Source of the DNA: Candidatus Dojkabacteria bacterium
Lineage (GTDB): Bacteria > Patescibacteriota > Dojkabacteria > B142 > OLB20
Assembly (NCBI GenBank): GCA_035444565.1
Contig: DAOMOX010000003.1
Location: forward strand, 159,488 to 223,487
DNA: 64,000 nt
Direction of reading: 5' to 3'
Shown: piece by piece, positions 9,078 to 20,300 of the stretch
Position numbering within the stretch: position 1 is the stretch's first letter
How the letters are laid out: each line of letters starts with the position of its first letter
Notes under the pieces: generated by a model
Databases searched by the model: none
Told to the model about the DNA's origin: nothing
The model's input: the letters and a program-made list of their open reading frames with translations, nothing else
Position numbers and translations under genes: made by a program

Positions 9078-9522
9078 TGTAGTTGTTTTAACTGGTATTT
9101 GATTAAACCATAAATTTGTATAATTTTCATCTAGTAAAATTAAACCAATTAAAGACTTATAGTAATCCGGGATGCATCGAAGTGTTTTTGAATGGTAGGA
9201 AAGTTGGTAAAATTCCGACCCTTGGTATTCGAATTTTGTGTAACATTAGTGTGGATTTAAATGATTGATGGTTGGGTCCTTTCGAAAAGTTAAAAGAGTA
9301 AATATTTTACACATATGTTATCATAATGACTATCTGGGGGGATTAGGGACTAGTGTTTAATAATTGCACAGTTGTTAGACATTTCCTGAGGGAAGGTGTT
9401 GTGACTAACTATTTTGTGGTACGAAATGTAATACATCTCTCTTTGGAGCGACTTCGTTAAATTTCTTGCAAGAATTTTGAAAAAATCAGGTTTAAATACT
9501 GATCGCCCTCTTGGTCCTGTAG

Positions 9523-11184
9523 TTATTTACTTGCTTCAGATAAAAATTCAATAAAAACAGGGTGTGGTTCCTGTGGAGATGATTTGTATTCAGGGTGTCC
9601 TTGAGTTGCGATAAAGAAAGGGTGCGTTTCCTTAGGTAATTCAATAAATTCTACGAAGAAATTATCAGGAGATGTCCCACTAAATATAAATCCATTCTTC
9701 TCAAATTGTTCTCTATATTTATTATTAAATTCAAACCTGTGTCTGTGTCTCTCTGCAATGACAGATTTTGATTTATTCTCGAAACCATTGTGTTTAGAAT
9801 ATATCTCATGTGTGAGAGTATTCTTTTTTACTATACAATCGAAAGTTCCAAGTCTCATTGATGTTCCCTCCCCTTTTATGACTTGATATTTCTCATTGAA
9901 AGGAATGCTGTGAATTATTGGATTTTTTGTTTTTGGATCAATTTCTTCGGAATTAGCGTCTTCAATTTTTAAAACATTTCTGGCGTACTCAACGCAAGCG
10001 AGTTGCATTCCGTAACAAAGTCCAAGATAAGGGATTTTGTTTTCCCTAGCATATTTTATTGCTTTTATTTTTCCCTTTGTTCCTCTCTCACCCCACCCTA
10101 TAGGTACAATTATTCCGTCAACTCCTTGTAATTGATCTAAGAGATTATTTTCTTCTTTATCAGAATTTATGAATTTTAGTTGTACATTCATTTCATTGAA
10201 AACACGTGCGTGGTTAATCGCTTCAAGCAGGGCATAATAAGAATCAACCAATGATGAGTCTCCAGTAGCAAAATACTTCCCAACAATTGCAATAGTTGCA
10301 CTTTTATCAAACTTCTTGAGTAACTTATTTGAGTAATCTTCCCAGAAACTTAAGTCTAGGGATTTCTTCTTTGGTGTTATTCCGAAATAACCAAGCAGTC
10401 TCTTGTCTAATTCTTGATTATATAAATGAACTGGTACTTGGTAAACATTTTTTAAATTTTCACACGAAAAGATATCTTTGTGATCCACATAAAATTTTAG
10501 TCCGAATTTATATTTTCTTTGCTTATCAACTGGTCTTTCACTTCTAATTACGATGAAGTTAGGGTTAATTCCCATCGACATGAGGGCTTTTAGGCCAAAC
10601 TGGGCCGGTTTTGTTTTTGGCTCGTCAATATGTGGTGGTACTGGGACATATGTGACATGTACATTTGCTACTTGTTCCGTAAATGACAAGATTCTTGCTG
10701 CTTCGTAATATAGTCCGTTATTATTTTCATATTCTCCAACAGTTCCTCCTAATTCAATAACTACGAAATCCGCTTGGGATTCTTCAGCTGCAAATCTGAT
10801 TCTCGAAATTATTTCATTTACGACATGTGGAATTGGTTCTACATCCTCTCCGTCGTATTTCATTTTTCTTTCATTGCTGATAACAGTCGAATAAAGTTGT
10901 CCCATTGTCATAAAGTTTTTGTGACCGACTTCCTGATTTAAAAAACGCTCATAGTTTCCCAAGTCTATGTCTGCTTCTAATCCGTCATAACATAAAAAAG
11001 GATCTCCATGCTCGATTGGATTGATTGTTCCAAAATCTACATTTAAATTATTTTCACACTTTATTGGACATACGGTATATCCATGCGCTTTTAATAATAA
11101 TGATATAGATGCAGAAGTTACGCCTTTTCCTACGGCACTCATGACACCACCACTCACAAAAATATATTTAGTCTTTTTAGACAT
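9523..11184 (-). CDS. pyrG: CTP synthase
   Basis: The N-terminal synthetase domain reads KYIFVSGGVMSAVGKGVTSASI. The C-terminal glutamine amidotransferase reads GLCYGMQL...HPEY. The product is 553 aa. Confidence 0.92.
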   Translation of the reverse strand: MSKKTKYIFVSGGVMSAVGKGVTSASISLLLKAHGYTVCPIKCENNLNVDFGTINPIEHGDPFLCYDGLEADIDLGNYERFLNQEVGHKNFMTMGQLYSTVISNERKMKYDGEDVEPIPHVVNEIISRIRFAAEESQADFVVIELGGTVGEYENNNGLYYEAARILSFTEQVANVHVTYVPVPPHIDEPKTKPAQFGLKALMSMGINPNFIVIRSERPVDKQRKYKFGLKFYVDHKDIFSCENLKNVYQVPVHLYNQELDKRLLGYFGITPKKKSLDLSFWEDYSNKLLKKFDKSATIAIVGKYFATGDSSLVDSYYALLEAINHARVFNEMNVQLKFINSDKEENNLLDQLQGVDGIIVPIGWGERGTKGKIKAIKYARENKIPYLGLCYGMQLACVEYARNVLKIEDANSEEIDPKTKNPIIHSIPFNEKYQVIKGEGTSMRLGTFDCIVKKNTLTHEIYSKHNGFENKSKSVIAERHRHRFEFNNKYREQFEKNGFIFSGTSPDNFFVEFIELPKETHPFFIATQGHPEYKSSPQEPHPVFIEFLSEASK

Positions 11185-11263
11185 TAGAAAAATGATAAAA
11201 AAATAAATTTGGGCAGATACAAAAAATCAGTTTATATATAAGTGTGTAGAAGAGCAAGTAAAT

Positions 11264-12490
11264 TTACTGTAAATATTCATCGTCAGTTAACGCGGGTAAT
11301 ATAATTGCAAAGTCCGCTTCTCTTCCGTCCTCTAAAATAGCAATACCTTCAAATAAATAGTATGGTTGAAGGTAATTTGTCCAAGGTTCGGACTCTACCC
11401 ATTCGTATGGTTCAATATAAATCACTTGCGTCTTCGAGGCATCTATTTCAAATTCCAATACAGCGAGAGGTTCATAATCAGAAAATGGATCAGTATTTAT
11501 TAATTTTAACCAATATAGTATGCCTTCACCTGCTTGAATCCTCACATAAGCATCTGTAACAGAAAGCATCTTATAGATACCGCTATCACCAATATTTAAT
11601 TGTGTGTAATCAAAGTTCACCAAATAAGGGACCAAATTTGTAACTTCTCCTCTAACTATCATAGTAGCAGAACCGTTAAGATAATCTGGTTTTCTAATTG
11701 TAGCTAACATGTCGGTTTTTGCGACTTCGCCTTCCTCTGGACGATATTTTTCAGAAGTTTTTGATGCCAGAATATTTTGATGTTGTGCAATTCTTACAAA
11801 TTGAGACGTGGAAGGACTTGGGGCTGATTTAATTTCTGAATTTACTATATTAACATAGTCTATTCTTGATTCTCCTCTGTTAAAGTTATGGTCTCTAAGA
11901 CCTAATTTGGCTATCACATCTATTCCTGTTTCATCATAGTAGTCATTCGCGCGAACGGTCCCTATAGTTTTTCTGATATCGTCTGGAATTGTCTCTCTTG
12001 TTAAATCTGTTTCGTATGACCAAATATCTTTTAACTTATCATAGGTTAAAGTTCTAGAAAGATCATCTGATTGCCAAAGCAGTTCTGTATCCGATACTAA
12101 TCGCTCTATTGAAGTAAAATTCAATCGATTTGCTACAGATCTACCTTTCGCTGTGTTACCTAGTTTTTCTCTTGGTTTATTGTAGTAATATACATAAACA
12201 GTCTCTGGTTTTTCGGGGAGTACTTGTTGGTCAATAATTGAAGTGGTTGGTGATGAATTTGGACTAAGTTGTAGTCGCTTTATATTTGGTCTTGGAATTT
12301 TTCCTAGATTTCCATCACGAGCTAAATATGGACCCGTGCTTGTGTTGGTAGTTGCACCAGGTTTCTGAGAATCATCTTCTCCAGTCAGCTCAAAGATGAA
12401 ACGAAATACGAATGTGGCAATTGCGAATATTAGAAAGATTATCAAACCTTTTCGAGCATGTTTTGTAGCTTTGCTTAATCTTGATGCCAT
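11264..12490 (-). CDS. Hypothetical extracytoplasmic protein with an N-terminal TM anchor
   Basis: The 408-aa ORF has the TM segment LIIFLIFAIATFVFRFIF and then a Ser/Thr/Pro-rich linker. I recognise no motif. Confidence 0.6.
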   Translation of the reverse strand: MASRLSKATKHARKGLIIFLIFAIATFVFRFIFELTGEDDSQKPGATTNTSTGPYLARDGNLGKIPRPNIKRLQLSPNSSPTTSIIDQQVLPEKPETVYVYYYNKPREKLGNTAKGRSVANRLNFTSIERLVSDTELLWQSDDLSRTLTYDKLKDIWSYETDLTRETIPDDIRKTIGTVRANDYYDETGIDVIAKLGLRDHNFNRGESRIDYVNIVNSEIKSAPSPSTSQFVRIAQHQNILASKTSEKYRPEEGEVAKTDMLATIRKPDYLNGSATMIVRGEVTNLVPYLVNFDYTQLNIGDSGIYKMLSVTDAYVRIQAGEGILYWLKLINTDPFSDYEPLAVLEFEIDASKTQVIYIEPYEWVESEPWTNYLQPYYLFEGIAILEDGREADFAIILPALTDDEYLQ

Positions 12491-12570
12491 GAAGTAATAA
12501 ATTTATTAATTCAAATATTATTACATTTATTATATATTAAGATAAACATTAAATCTTCAACAAATAAATT

Positions 12571-13785
12571 GTGAAAAATTCATCAAAATACTCCCTAAAA
12601 AATATCAAGAAGACATGGACAAATATAAAATTACCATACAAAATAATTTTTATTCTATTAATTACGCTTTGTATTGGTTTGTTGGGCTACGTAGGTACTA
12701 ATATTTATTTCCAAAATGATATGGAGATATTCAAAGCACCAAAAGCAAATTTTAGAAATTCTGTCACTCTCGTCCCCCCTACTCCGTTGCCACCTAAATA
12801 TAGTGTAATGAACGGTATTCAAGTTGATTATGAAGAATATGATGCGCTTACGCAAAGAAAGCCACTTGCTGTTGTAGTCAATAATCACAAAGATGCGAGA
12901 CCTCAAAGTGGCTTGTCTTCAGCTGATACGGTAATGGAGGTGCTTGCAGAAGGAGGTATAACTAGATATGTGGCAATGTATCATAACAATTATGATGTGG
13001 AAAAAATCGGTCCAATCAGGAGTTTACGATACTATATGATTGATTTTGCAAGTGGTTATGATGATGCAATGATATTGCACCACGGATGGGCAGGATTCGA
13101 TAATGCTGATTTTGAGGTTTACAATGCAGAAACCGATGCAAGGGGTGCTGTTTCAAAATTTAATATAAAGAATATCCAAACCGAAGCCAGTACATATAGA
13201 GATCCCCAGAAAGCCAAAACTTCAGGGTACGTACATTCTTTATATACAGATTTCACGAGAATAAATTCTGAAATATCCCGATTAGCAAAATCATACAACT
13301 GGAATTTAAGTTCTGAAAATTTGAAAGAAATTGCATTCAAGGATGATGCTCCCGAAACTGAGAGAGGACTTTTCTCCTCTGTGGATATTAAATTTATGAG
13401 TTTGGGTGGAAGTGATTATGCATCAAAATTTACCTATGATAAGGTTGGCAACGTATACCCAAGATTCGTTGGTGGGCAAGCAGATATCGATCAATTAACT
13501 AACAAGCAAATTTCTCCAAAAAATGTTATCATTGAATGGCATGAATACGCCGATGCACGTGATGGACACAGCAGAATTGTCATAAAAATGATTGGCGAGA
13601 ATAAAGTGACTATTTTAAGGGATGGTCAGATTATAGAAGGTACATGGCGAAAACAGTCTCGATTGGATAGGACACAATATTTCGATTCTGCAGGAAATGA
13701 AATACCTTTAAATCGGGGTCAAATATGGATTGTTAATGCAGTAAAAGTACAAGACAGGCTAATAAGTACAGTAACTATTCAATAA
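12571..13785 (+). CDS. DUF3048-domain (YerB-like) membrane-anchored protein
   Basis: There is an N-terminal TM segment. The segment PLAVVVNNHKDARPQSGLSSADTVMEVLAEGGITRYVAMYH matches the conserved DUF3048 N-domain. Confidence 0.7.
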   Translation: MKNSSKYSLKNIKKTWTNIKLPYKIIFILLITLCIGLLGYVGTNIYFQNDMEIFKAPKANFRNSVTLVPPTPLPPKYSVMNGIQVDYEEYDALTQRKPLAVVVNNHKDARPQSGLSSADTVMEVLAEGGITRYVAMYHNNYDVEKIGPIRSLRYYMIDFASGYDDAMILHHGWAGFDNADFEVYNAETDARGAVSKFNIKNIQTEASTYRDPQKAKTSGYVHSLYTDFTRINSEISRLAKSYNWNLSSENLKEIAFKDDAPETERGLFSSVDIKFMSLGGSDYASKFTYDKVGNVYPRFVGGQADIDQLTNKQISPKNVIIEWHEYADARDGHSRIVIKMIGENKVTILRDGQIIEGTWRKQSRLDRTQYFDSAGNEIPLNRGQIWIVNAVKVQDRLISTVTIQ

Positions 13786-13810
13786 TATTAACTTAATAAG
13801 TCGTATAAAA

Positions 13811-15106
13811 ATGAATAATAAATATGTGAGGATTTTCTTCTTGTTAGCAATTTCCCTTGTACTGCTTACGGGTTGTAAAAAAGACGATTCATCATCTCAA
13901 AATGGTGATGGTAATAATAATCAAGATCAGGTTACTTTGATTTGGTGGAACATGTTTGATAGTGAACAAAGTGTAAAGCCATTAATTGATGCATACACAT
14001 CAGAGAATCCAAACGTGGTTATTCAATATCGTCAACAAGGAGTTACAGGTGGGGTAACTAGTTATCTTAACCTACTGGATAATGCACTAACCGATACCGA
14101 AGAAATTAACGACCCTGATATTTACACAATAGAAAATACCTGGGTAGGAAAATACAAGGAATATATTTCACCTGCTCCTGCTGATGTTATAGGGCAAGAT
14201 TACTATGATGACTTCTACCCTATTGTGAAGGATGATTTCTATGATGAGAATGCACTAGGTATTCCAATGTATGTGGATGCACTTGCGGTGATTTATAATA
14301 AAGATAAACTTATCGAAGGTGGATACACTGTTCCAGATAATGATTGGAGTGAATTCAAGAATCAAGCAATAAATCTTACTCAAAGAGATCCCAATAGTAA
14401 GATTGTATCTGCAGGTTTTGCAGCTTCTACTGGAACAAATGTACAATTTAATTTCGATATTCTGAGTTTATTAATGTTGCAAAATGGTGCGGATTTGAAT
14501 TCTGCTTCGGTAATTGAATCTTTTTCTACTAACTCAGACGTTATAGGTACATTCGATTTTTATGAAGATTTCTCTGGACCTAATGGATCTTGGGATGATG
14601 AACAGAAATTAGATATCGCTTCATTTCTTGAAGGAAGATTAGCCATGTTCATAGCTCCAAGTTGGAGATTGAATGACATTCTTATTTATAATGAAAAATA
14701 CAACTTAGGATTAGATATTGGTATTGCTGCTGTTCCACAATTAACAGGAACTGACAATATCTCTTGGGGTACATACTGGGGCCAAACTGTCTCAAAAGCT
14801 TCTCCAAATTCTAATGAAGCATGGAAGTTCTTAAGATACATTACACAAGCAGACCAATTAAGACTACTCGATGATACTGTCAAACAAAATGGTCGTAAAG
14901 TTGGAGTATTTTACCCAAGGCTAAGTATGTCTTCTGAAATTTCAGATGATCCGAATCTAAGAGTATATTCACAGGCTATGCCTTTTGCTAAATCATGGTA
15001 TATGAATGATGGATATCTCATAGAGAACGATTTTAATAACTATTTTAAAGAACAAGGTGGTGATTTAGGAAGTTTGGAAAGCACAATTAATTCTACTATT
15101 AATTAA
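13811..15106 (+). CDS. ABC-transporter-type extracellular solute-binding lipoprotein (family 1, sugar/oligosaccharide type). It is an orphan, with no permease or ATPase gene adjacent.
   Basis: The lipoprotein signal is LLAISLVLLTGC. The SBP_bac_1-like composition includes motifs such as LIWWNMFD and AMFIAPSW. The product is 431 aa. Confidence 0.7.
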   Translation: MNNKYVRIFFLLAISLVLLTGCKKDDSSSQNGDGNNNQDQVTLIWWNMFDSEQSVKPLIDAYTSENPNVVIQYRQQGVTGGVTSYLNLLDNALTDTEEINDPDIYTIENTWVGKYKEYISPAPADVIGQDYYDDFYPIVKDDFYDENALGIPMYVDALAVIYNKDKLIEGGYTVPDNDWSEFKNQAINLTQRDPNSKIVSAGFAASTGTNVQFNFDILSLLMLQNGADLNSASVIESFSTNSDVIGTFDFYEDFSGPNGSWDDEQKLDIASFLEGRLAMFIAPSWRLNDILIYNEKYNLGLDIGIAAVPQLTGTDNISWGTYWGQTVSKASPNSNEAWKFLRYITQADQLRLLDDTVKQNGRKVGVFYPRLSMSSEISDDPNLRVYSQAMPFAKSWYMNDGYLIENDFNNYFKEQGGDLGSLESTINSTIN

Positions 15107-15111
15107 ATTTA

Positions 15112-17343
15112 ATGAGCAGACAAATTAAAAGCATACTTATAACTATTATAGTCGTTTTGTTCAGTTCACAAATTGTAACTGCACAATCGACTGATGAAGT
15201 AGTATTACAAAAGCCTTCCGAAGGTTCAACAATAAGCAATACTTATGAAATTGAGTGGAAGATTGTCGATGCTGATATTCAGGATCCTGCTTATTTTATA
15301 GATGTATTTAATCTTGCTTGCTCACAAAATGGTGGAAACCTAGGGAGAATTACCAATTCTGGAGCTGAAGTCGAAAATAATATTTACACTTATTCTTGGG
15401 ATACGTCTTCCGGGGATCTAGGAAATTCACTACAAAACGGAGGAAATTATTGTATGAGAGTATGTGGTATTCTGGCTGATGGAGGTAGTGTATACAGTAA
15501 ATGTGATAAAAAATCTTTTACATTTAGTTCAGAAACTACTGGGACGAACAAACCACCGCAGATTACACCTTCCAAAGATGGATTTAACGTAACGCTTAAT
15601 GAAATCTTTAGTTATAAAGTACAGGCTAGCGATCCAGATGGTGATGAGCTTAAGTATTCATTCCTAAATGCACCTGACTTTTTGACGATTGATTCAAAAA
15701 CAGGACAAATTTCCGGTAAACCAACGGAAGTTGGAGATATACGATTTATTGTAAAAGTAGATGATTCCAAAGGAGGAATTAGCACAGAAGAATTTATATT
15801 AAATATCCAATTAACAAGCGCCGAAAAAGAAGTCGTTTTTGAATTTCCAAAGTCCGGTTCAACAGTTACCCCAGAAAATAATACAATCAAATGGAAGGTA
15901 AAATCAGGTTTAACTGTTAAGTCGATAACACTTAGTTATTCGTCTGATAAGGAAGAATGGACGGAGATTACAAAACAGGATAGAGATTTAGGACAATATA
16001 CATGGAATATTAGTGACATTGAAGATGGAGAGTATTTCATTCAATTTTTACTTGTTGATTCGAATAATAAGCTATATGAAATTTTCAGTGATGGGTTTTT
16101 TGTTTCTGCGCAAGGTACAGTATCGGAAACAGAAATAACTAACCTAACACCAGAAGAGGGATCTACTGTAAATATCAATCGTCCTGTTATTAGTGCAGAA
16201 TTCAAGACACCAGATGGAGTTACTATAGATACTGAAAATGTTAATTTCACATTGAATGAAAGAATTGATCTTACACTTTGTGAAATTACTGCTAATTCAA
16301 TTAATTGTGAAATTGTTAGTGAGTTAAGTAATGATACGTACACTGCATTTATTGAAATTACTGATTCAGAAGGTGCTACCCTAGTCAAGGAATGGAAGTT
16401 TAGTGTTGACACCAATGGTGAGACTTCAGAGGAATCAGAAGATTCTGGAGGCCTTTCTGGAGATTCAATGCAGTTGATTCTCATTATCTTCGCTGTTGGT
16501 TTTCTTCTGATTGCTATACCTTGGAGTATATATTTGATAGTTAAGAAACGAAGAAATAAAGCAACAGAAACCACTAAATTGCCAGATAATACAGTTATCC
16601 ATCCAATTACCCCGATTACTCCTGAACCAGCACAACCGACAATTGGATCACAAGGACTAGACCTCGGTGTCCCAACAAATCCCCCTGTTGTCGATTATCA
16701 ACCTCAGAATTATTCTCTGGGTAGTACTCCAGTGAGCAACAATATGCAACCAGCGGCAGGAGATGTGTATTCCCCGACTGAGAATCTAAATGCATCGAAT
16801 ATACCTCCTGTTCAGGGAACTTATAATCAGCAACTACCTACAGATACATATAACTCTTTAGGTACAAATCCTAGCTATTCAAATCAAAATATAAACCAGA
16901 CTGGTACTCTCGCCGATGCAGTTTTCACAGAGCCAGAAATTGTTCCTGCACAAAATAACCTTGGAAATAATTTAAATCCAACTAATACTCAACCAATAGA
17001 CAACTCCGGTTTAGGCATGAACACTGAAGTATTACCAACGCAGGGAACACCAAATCCAGCTCAGGTTATTGAACCTTCCACCACAACTGATTACGGTTTT
17101 GATAAGCCAATTGTTACTGAACAACCTGCCATGTATCAAAAAGACGAAATTCCAGAATGGCTTGCAACAGATATCCCTGATACTACTGCATCAAACGAAC
17201 AAAATACAGGTGCGTCGACTATGGAGGATGTTTTAACAAAGACTCAGATACAAGAAGGTTCAAAAGTGTACGATCCCTATGGATTGGCTCTTAAAACAGA
17301 CGAAACGGAAGATCCTGATGTACCACCTCAGTTGAATAATTAG
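15112..17343 (+). CDS. Type I membrane surface protein. It has Ig/cadherin-like (He_PIG-like) extracellular domains, one TM helix and a long low-complexity P/Q/N/T-rich cytoplasmic tail.
   Basis: There is a signal peptide. The motif SYKVQASDPDGDELKYSFLNAPDFLTIDSKTGQISGKP is typical of putative-Ig cadherin-like domains. The TM helix is LILIIFAVGFLLIAIPWSIYLIV, followed by KKRRNK. The roughly 270-aa tail is proline- and glutamine-rich. Confidence 0.7.
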   Translation: MSRQIKSILITIIVVLFSSQIVTAQSTDEVVLQKPSEGSTISNTYEIEWKIVDADIQDPAYFIDVFNLACSQNGGNLGRITNSGAEVENNIYTYSWDTSSGDLGNSLQNGGNYCMRVCGILADGGSVYSKCDKKSFTFSSETTGTNKPPQITPSKDGFNVTLNEIFSYKVQASDPDGDELKYSFLNAPDFLTIDSKTGQISGKPTEVGDIRFIVKVDDSKGGISTEEFILNIQLTSAEKEVVFEFPKSGSTVTPENNTIKWKVKSGLTVKSITLSYSSDKEEWTEITKQDRDLGQYTWNISDIEDGEYFIQFLLVDSNNKLYEIFSDGFFVSAQGTVSETEITNLTPEEGSTVNINRPVISAEFKTPDGVTIDTENVNFTLNERIDLTLCEITANSINCEIVSELSNDTYTAFIEITDSEGATLVKEWKFSVDTNGETSEESEDSGGLSGDSMQLILIIFAVGFLLIAIPWSIYLIVKKRRNKATETTKLPDNTVIHPITPITPEPAQPTIGSQGLDLGVPTNPPVVDYQPQNYSLGSTPVSNNMQPAAGDVYSPTENLNASNIPPVQGTYNQQLPTDTYNSLGTNPSYSNQNINQTGTLADAVFTEPEIVPAQNNLGNNLNPTNTQPIDNSGLGMNTEVLPTQGTPNPAQVIEPSTTTDYGFDKPIVTEQPAMYQKDEIPEWLATDIPDTTASNEQNTGASTMEDVLTKTQIQEGSKVYDPYGLALKTDETEDPDVPPQLNN

Positions 17344-20300
17344 TTTAAACTTATCTTTTCAGGAGATTTAATATCGATTGAAGAGATTAATTCTTCGACT
17401 CTCGCTATTGGCTCTAGTTCACTAACGGAAATTGAGACAATTAGTAAATCATCCTCAATTTTAACTTCAGAGCTATCTCTATTGGTGAGGACTAAGTATT
17501 TGTTTTTATAATTTGAATCTTTGGTGATGTGATGGAACCCTGTTAATAAATCTTCTACTTCTACATTGTTTAATTCGAAGCCAGAATTGTTAATAACTCG
17601 AATATCTGGATATTTGTTATAGGAAACTACAACGGTAGGTGTTGGAATTGTTGAGTTTGACTCAACTTGTCCTTGTGATGAGTAATCAAGGAGTGCTGTA
17701 AGTGCTGGTAAGGCTAGAGCAAGACTGATTGACATAGATGCAATTTTCCTAGTACTAATGCCATTTAATGCTAAGTCTATCAAACTGAAAAGTGCATTTA
17801 TACCACCTACAATTGCCATTACACTATTTATTGTAGCCCCAGCAACCTTGTCAAATAAACTTCCAATCCAACCACCAAGTGCAGTAAACGCAGCGCTACT
17901 TACTGTGACAATTATTGCAGATAGAGGCGCTCCAGCTCCCAATGATGCTACTGTTGCACTTCCTGCAATTAATGCCCCTACACCAAATCCAACTGTTGTT
18001 CCAATCGTTGCACCAATCGCTGCTCCAATTCCAGTAATCGGAACACCAAGTGCTGCTAATATTGCTAAACCTGCTACCGAACCTATGGCAGAAAAAATCC
18101 CAGGTAACGCAGCACCTCTGATTGCTAATAGTACTTTGGGAAGAAAAGTGAGATTTGCTGATGCTGCAGCTGGTAATATCCCAGCTAAACTTCTTCCAAC
18201 AAATACCTTAGACATTATCCCCAATAGACTCCTATTTATAGCGCTCATACCTGAGACATAACCCATCATACTTAGATAGTTATTTAACGTTGTGAATTTC
18301 AAAAGAATTGTTTCGAGTAAACTACCTCCACTTTTAAACACGAAGTTATCTTTAAAGAAATCTTTCAGAGCTAGTCCTGGAGATCCACGATGAACATTTG
18401 TAAAATTGTCATACAAATCTTGGATTAGATTTGCCATGACTCTAGTGTTCCCAATTTGAAAGACAAGACGATTAAATGGAAGACCAGATAGTTTGGAGAG
18501 ATAACTACCGTATTTACCTGAAAGCAAGCGTCCTGCGATTGCTTGACCCCGACTTGTTCTAAGGATGTATTTAGCTGATGTAACTAATCCAAAAGTACCA
18601 GCAGTTGCGAGAATAGGATTTATCCCTAGGAAACCAGCTAGTGCTCCAGCTACTAATGCTGTCATAAGTCCAGTCTTAGCAGAGGAAAATAGTCGCGCAC
18701 CAGTACCTCCATATGCATTTCCTCCAGCTTTAGCCAGTTTCGCTGCTGCTTCTGGATTATTCTTTACAATATCGTTGGAAAATACTTTTGTGGTTGGATC
18801 TTTATAAATTGCTGAGCCTTGTTTTTGTAACCATGCAATAGGTCTGATTGGTGTTCGCGGTAATGGTGTATGCATTAAGCTGTCTATGGTTTCTAGTCCT
18901 GCTCCTGCTATTGTGGCACCTGCAAATATCGGCATTAACATACTTGCTGGCACACCTAATGCAGATGCCAAGAACATCGCTCCTCCTCCATACACAGCTC
19001 CTATAGGTGCTTTCTTTAGAAATGTTTTTCCAACGTGTCCAACATCTAATGCAGCGTGATAGGCAGGTTTAATGACTGGAACGAATTTGTTATCTACAAT
19101 TTTGTATACTTTGTCATACTGTGCAAATAGACCATTCTTCATTTCTCCGGGTAGTTTGACAACATTTTTAGCGAGCTTCAAGGTTGAACTCGCGGCTGAT
19201 TGCATTCTTTGTCCTACCGAATTCGTGGAGAAGAAATTCCCCATCCTGGATGCTAATGATGTAGTTTTGAGGACCTTGATACCAGATTTGATAAAGTTGA
19301 CTCCTGAGTCAACAATTTTTTTAACAAGGAATTTAAACACAAGACGCATTATTCCATCAGATTTCTTTGATTTGCGTTTCTGTTCTTTTAAGAAGGTAGA
19401 TTTGTTTGTAACAAATGTCGAAATCTGGTTCCTCTTCATTTTAATACCTTTTCCGAATCGAGACTCCTCTAATTTCTCAGAAAATTTAGAACCAATCCCT
19501 TCATATGCTCTTACAACTTCCTCTTTCAGAGCAATTTTTACGACACCAGGTATATCTTGTCTAAATTGATCTGTGCTTTGTAGACGTGTAAGGTCAATTA
19601 TTCCAGCTTTGAATTGGCCTGATTCAATTTTATTGAAGGCTGTTTCAACTTGCTTTGCGCGAATTAGGTCATTACCTCTAGATAAATAAGGGTCAGTGGC
19701 TATGGCAAGATTGACTTTGGTACTCGCCAAACTTGCTGCAATTCCGCTTTTTGACTCATTTCGTTGAGTGATGTTTTCTTTTACTTTTCCAGACAATCTT
19801 ATGTTTACTTTTGGATCTTCATCAATTTCTCTATCGAGATGTGTAACTTCTTTCTCATCGAGTGAACCTAGGTACTTTGTTTCCAATAGGTCTTCAAGCT
19901 TATCAATCTCTGCTGGATTATATTCACTGAGATTAATTTCACTTACATTTACTCCTGTTAATCCTGTGATGAATTCTTGATATTTGTCAGCTCGGATTCT
20001 CTGGTGTGTATCGTCATACAGATGTTCGAGTGAAGCAAAAAAAGGAACTTCTATGTATTCTGCTGTTTTGGAAGCTTGTAGATTTGTTTTGAAATTACTT
20101 ATAACCTTAACCCTGTCAATATTTTCACGACTATTGGCAAGCTTGTGTTCTTCAATATCGGTATTTTCCACTGCTTCTTCAACAGTCGTTTTTGCCACAT
20201 TAACTTCTTTTTTCTTCAATTCAATGAACGCAGCTCGAGTTGGCTTATACGTGGTGATAACTTTGTATAAAGAGTTGAATGTTTCAGTTAATCCAAGAAT

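Noticed and set aside
9078-9522. A T-box leader for alaS, and likewise for thrS at 700-940
   Set aside because: I looked on the gene-sense strands for the conserved T-box core (AGGGTGGNACCGCG). I found only weak partial matches. A gtggtacg at about 9412 is on the wrong strand. I therefore make no T-box call.
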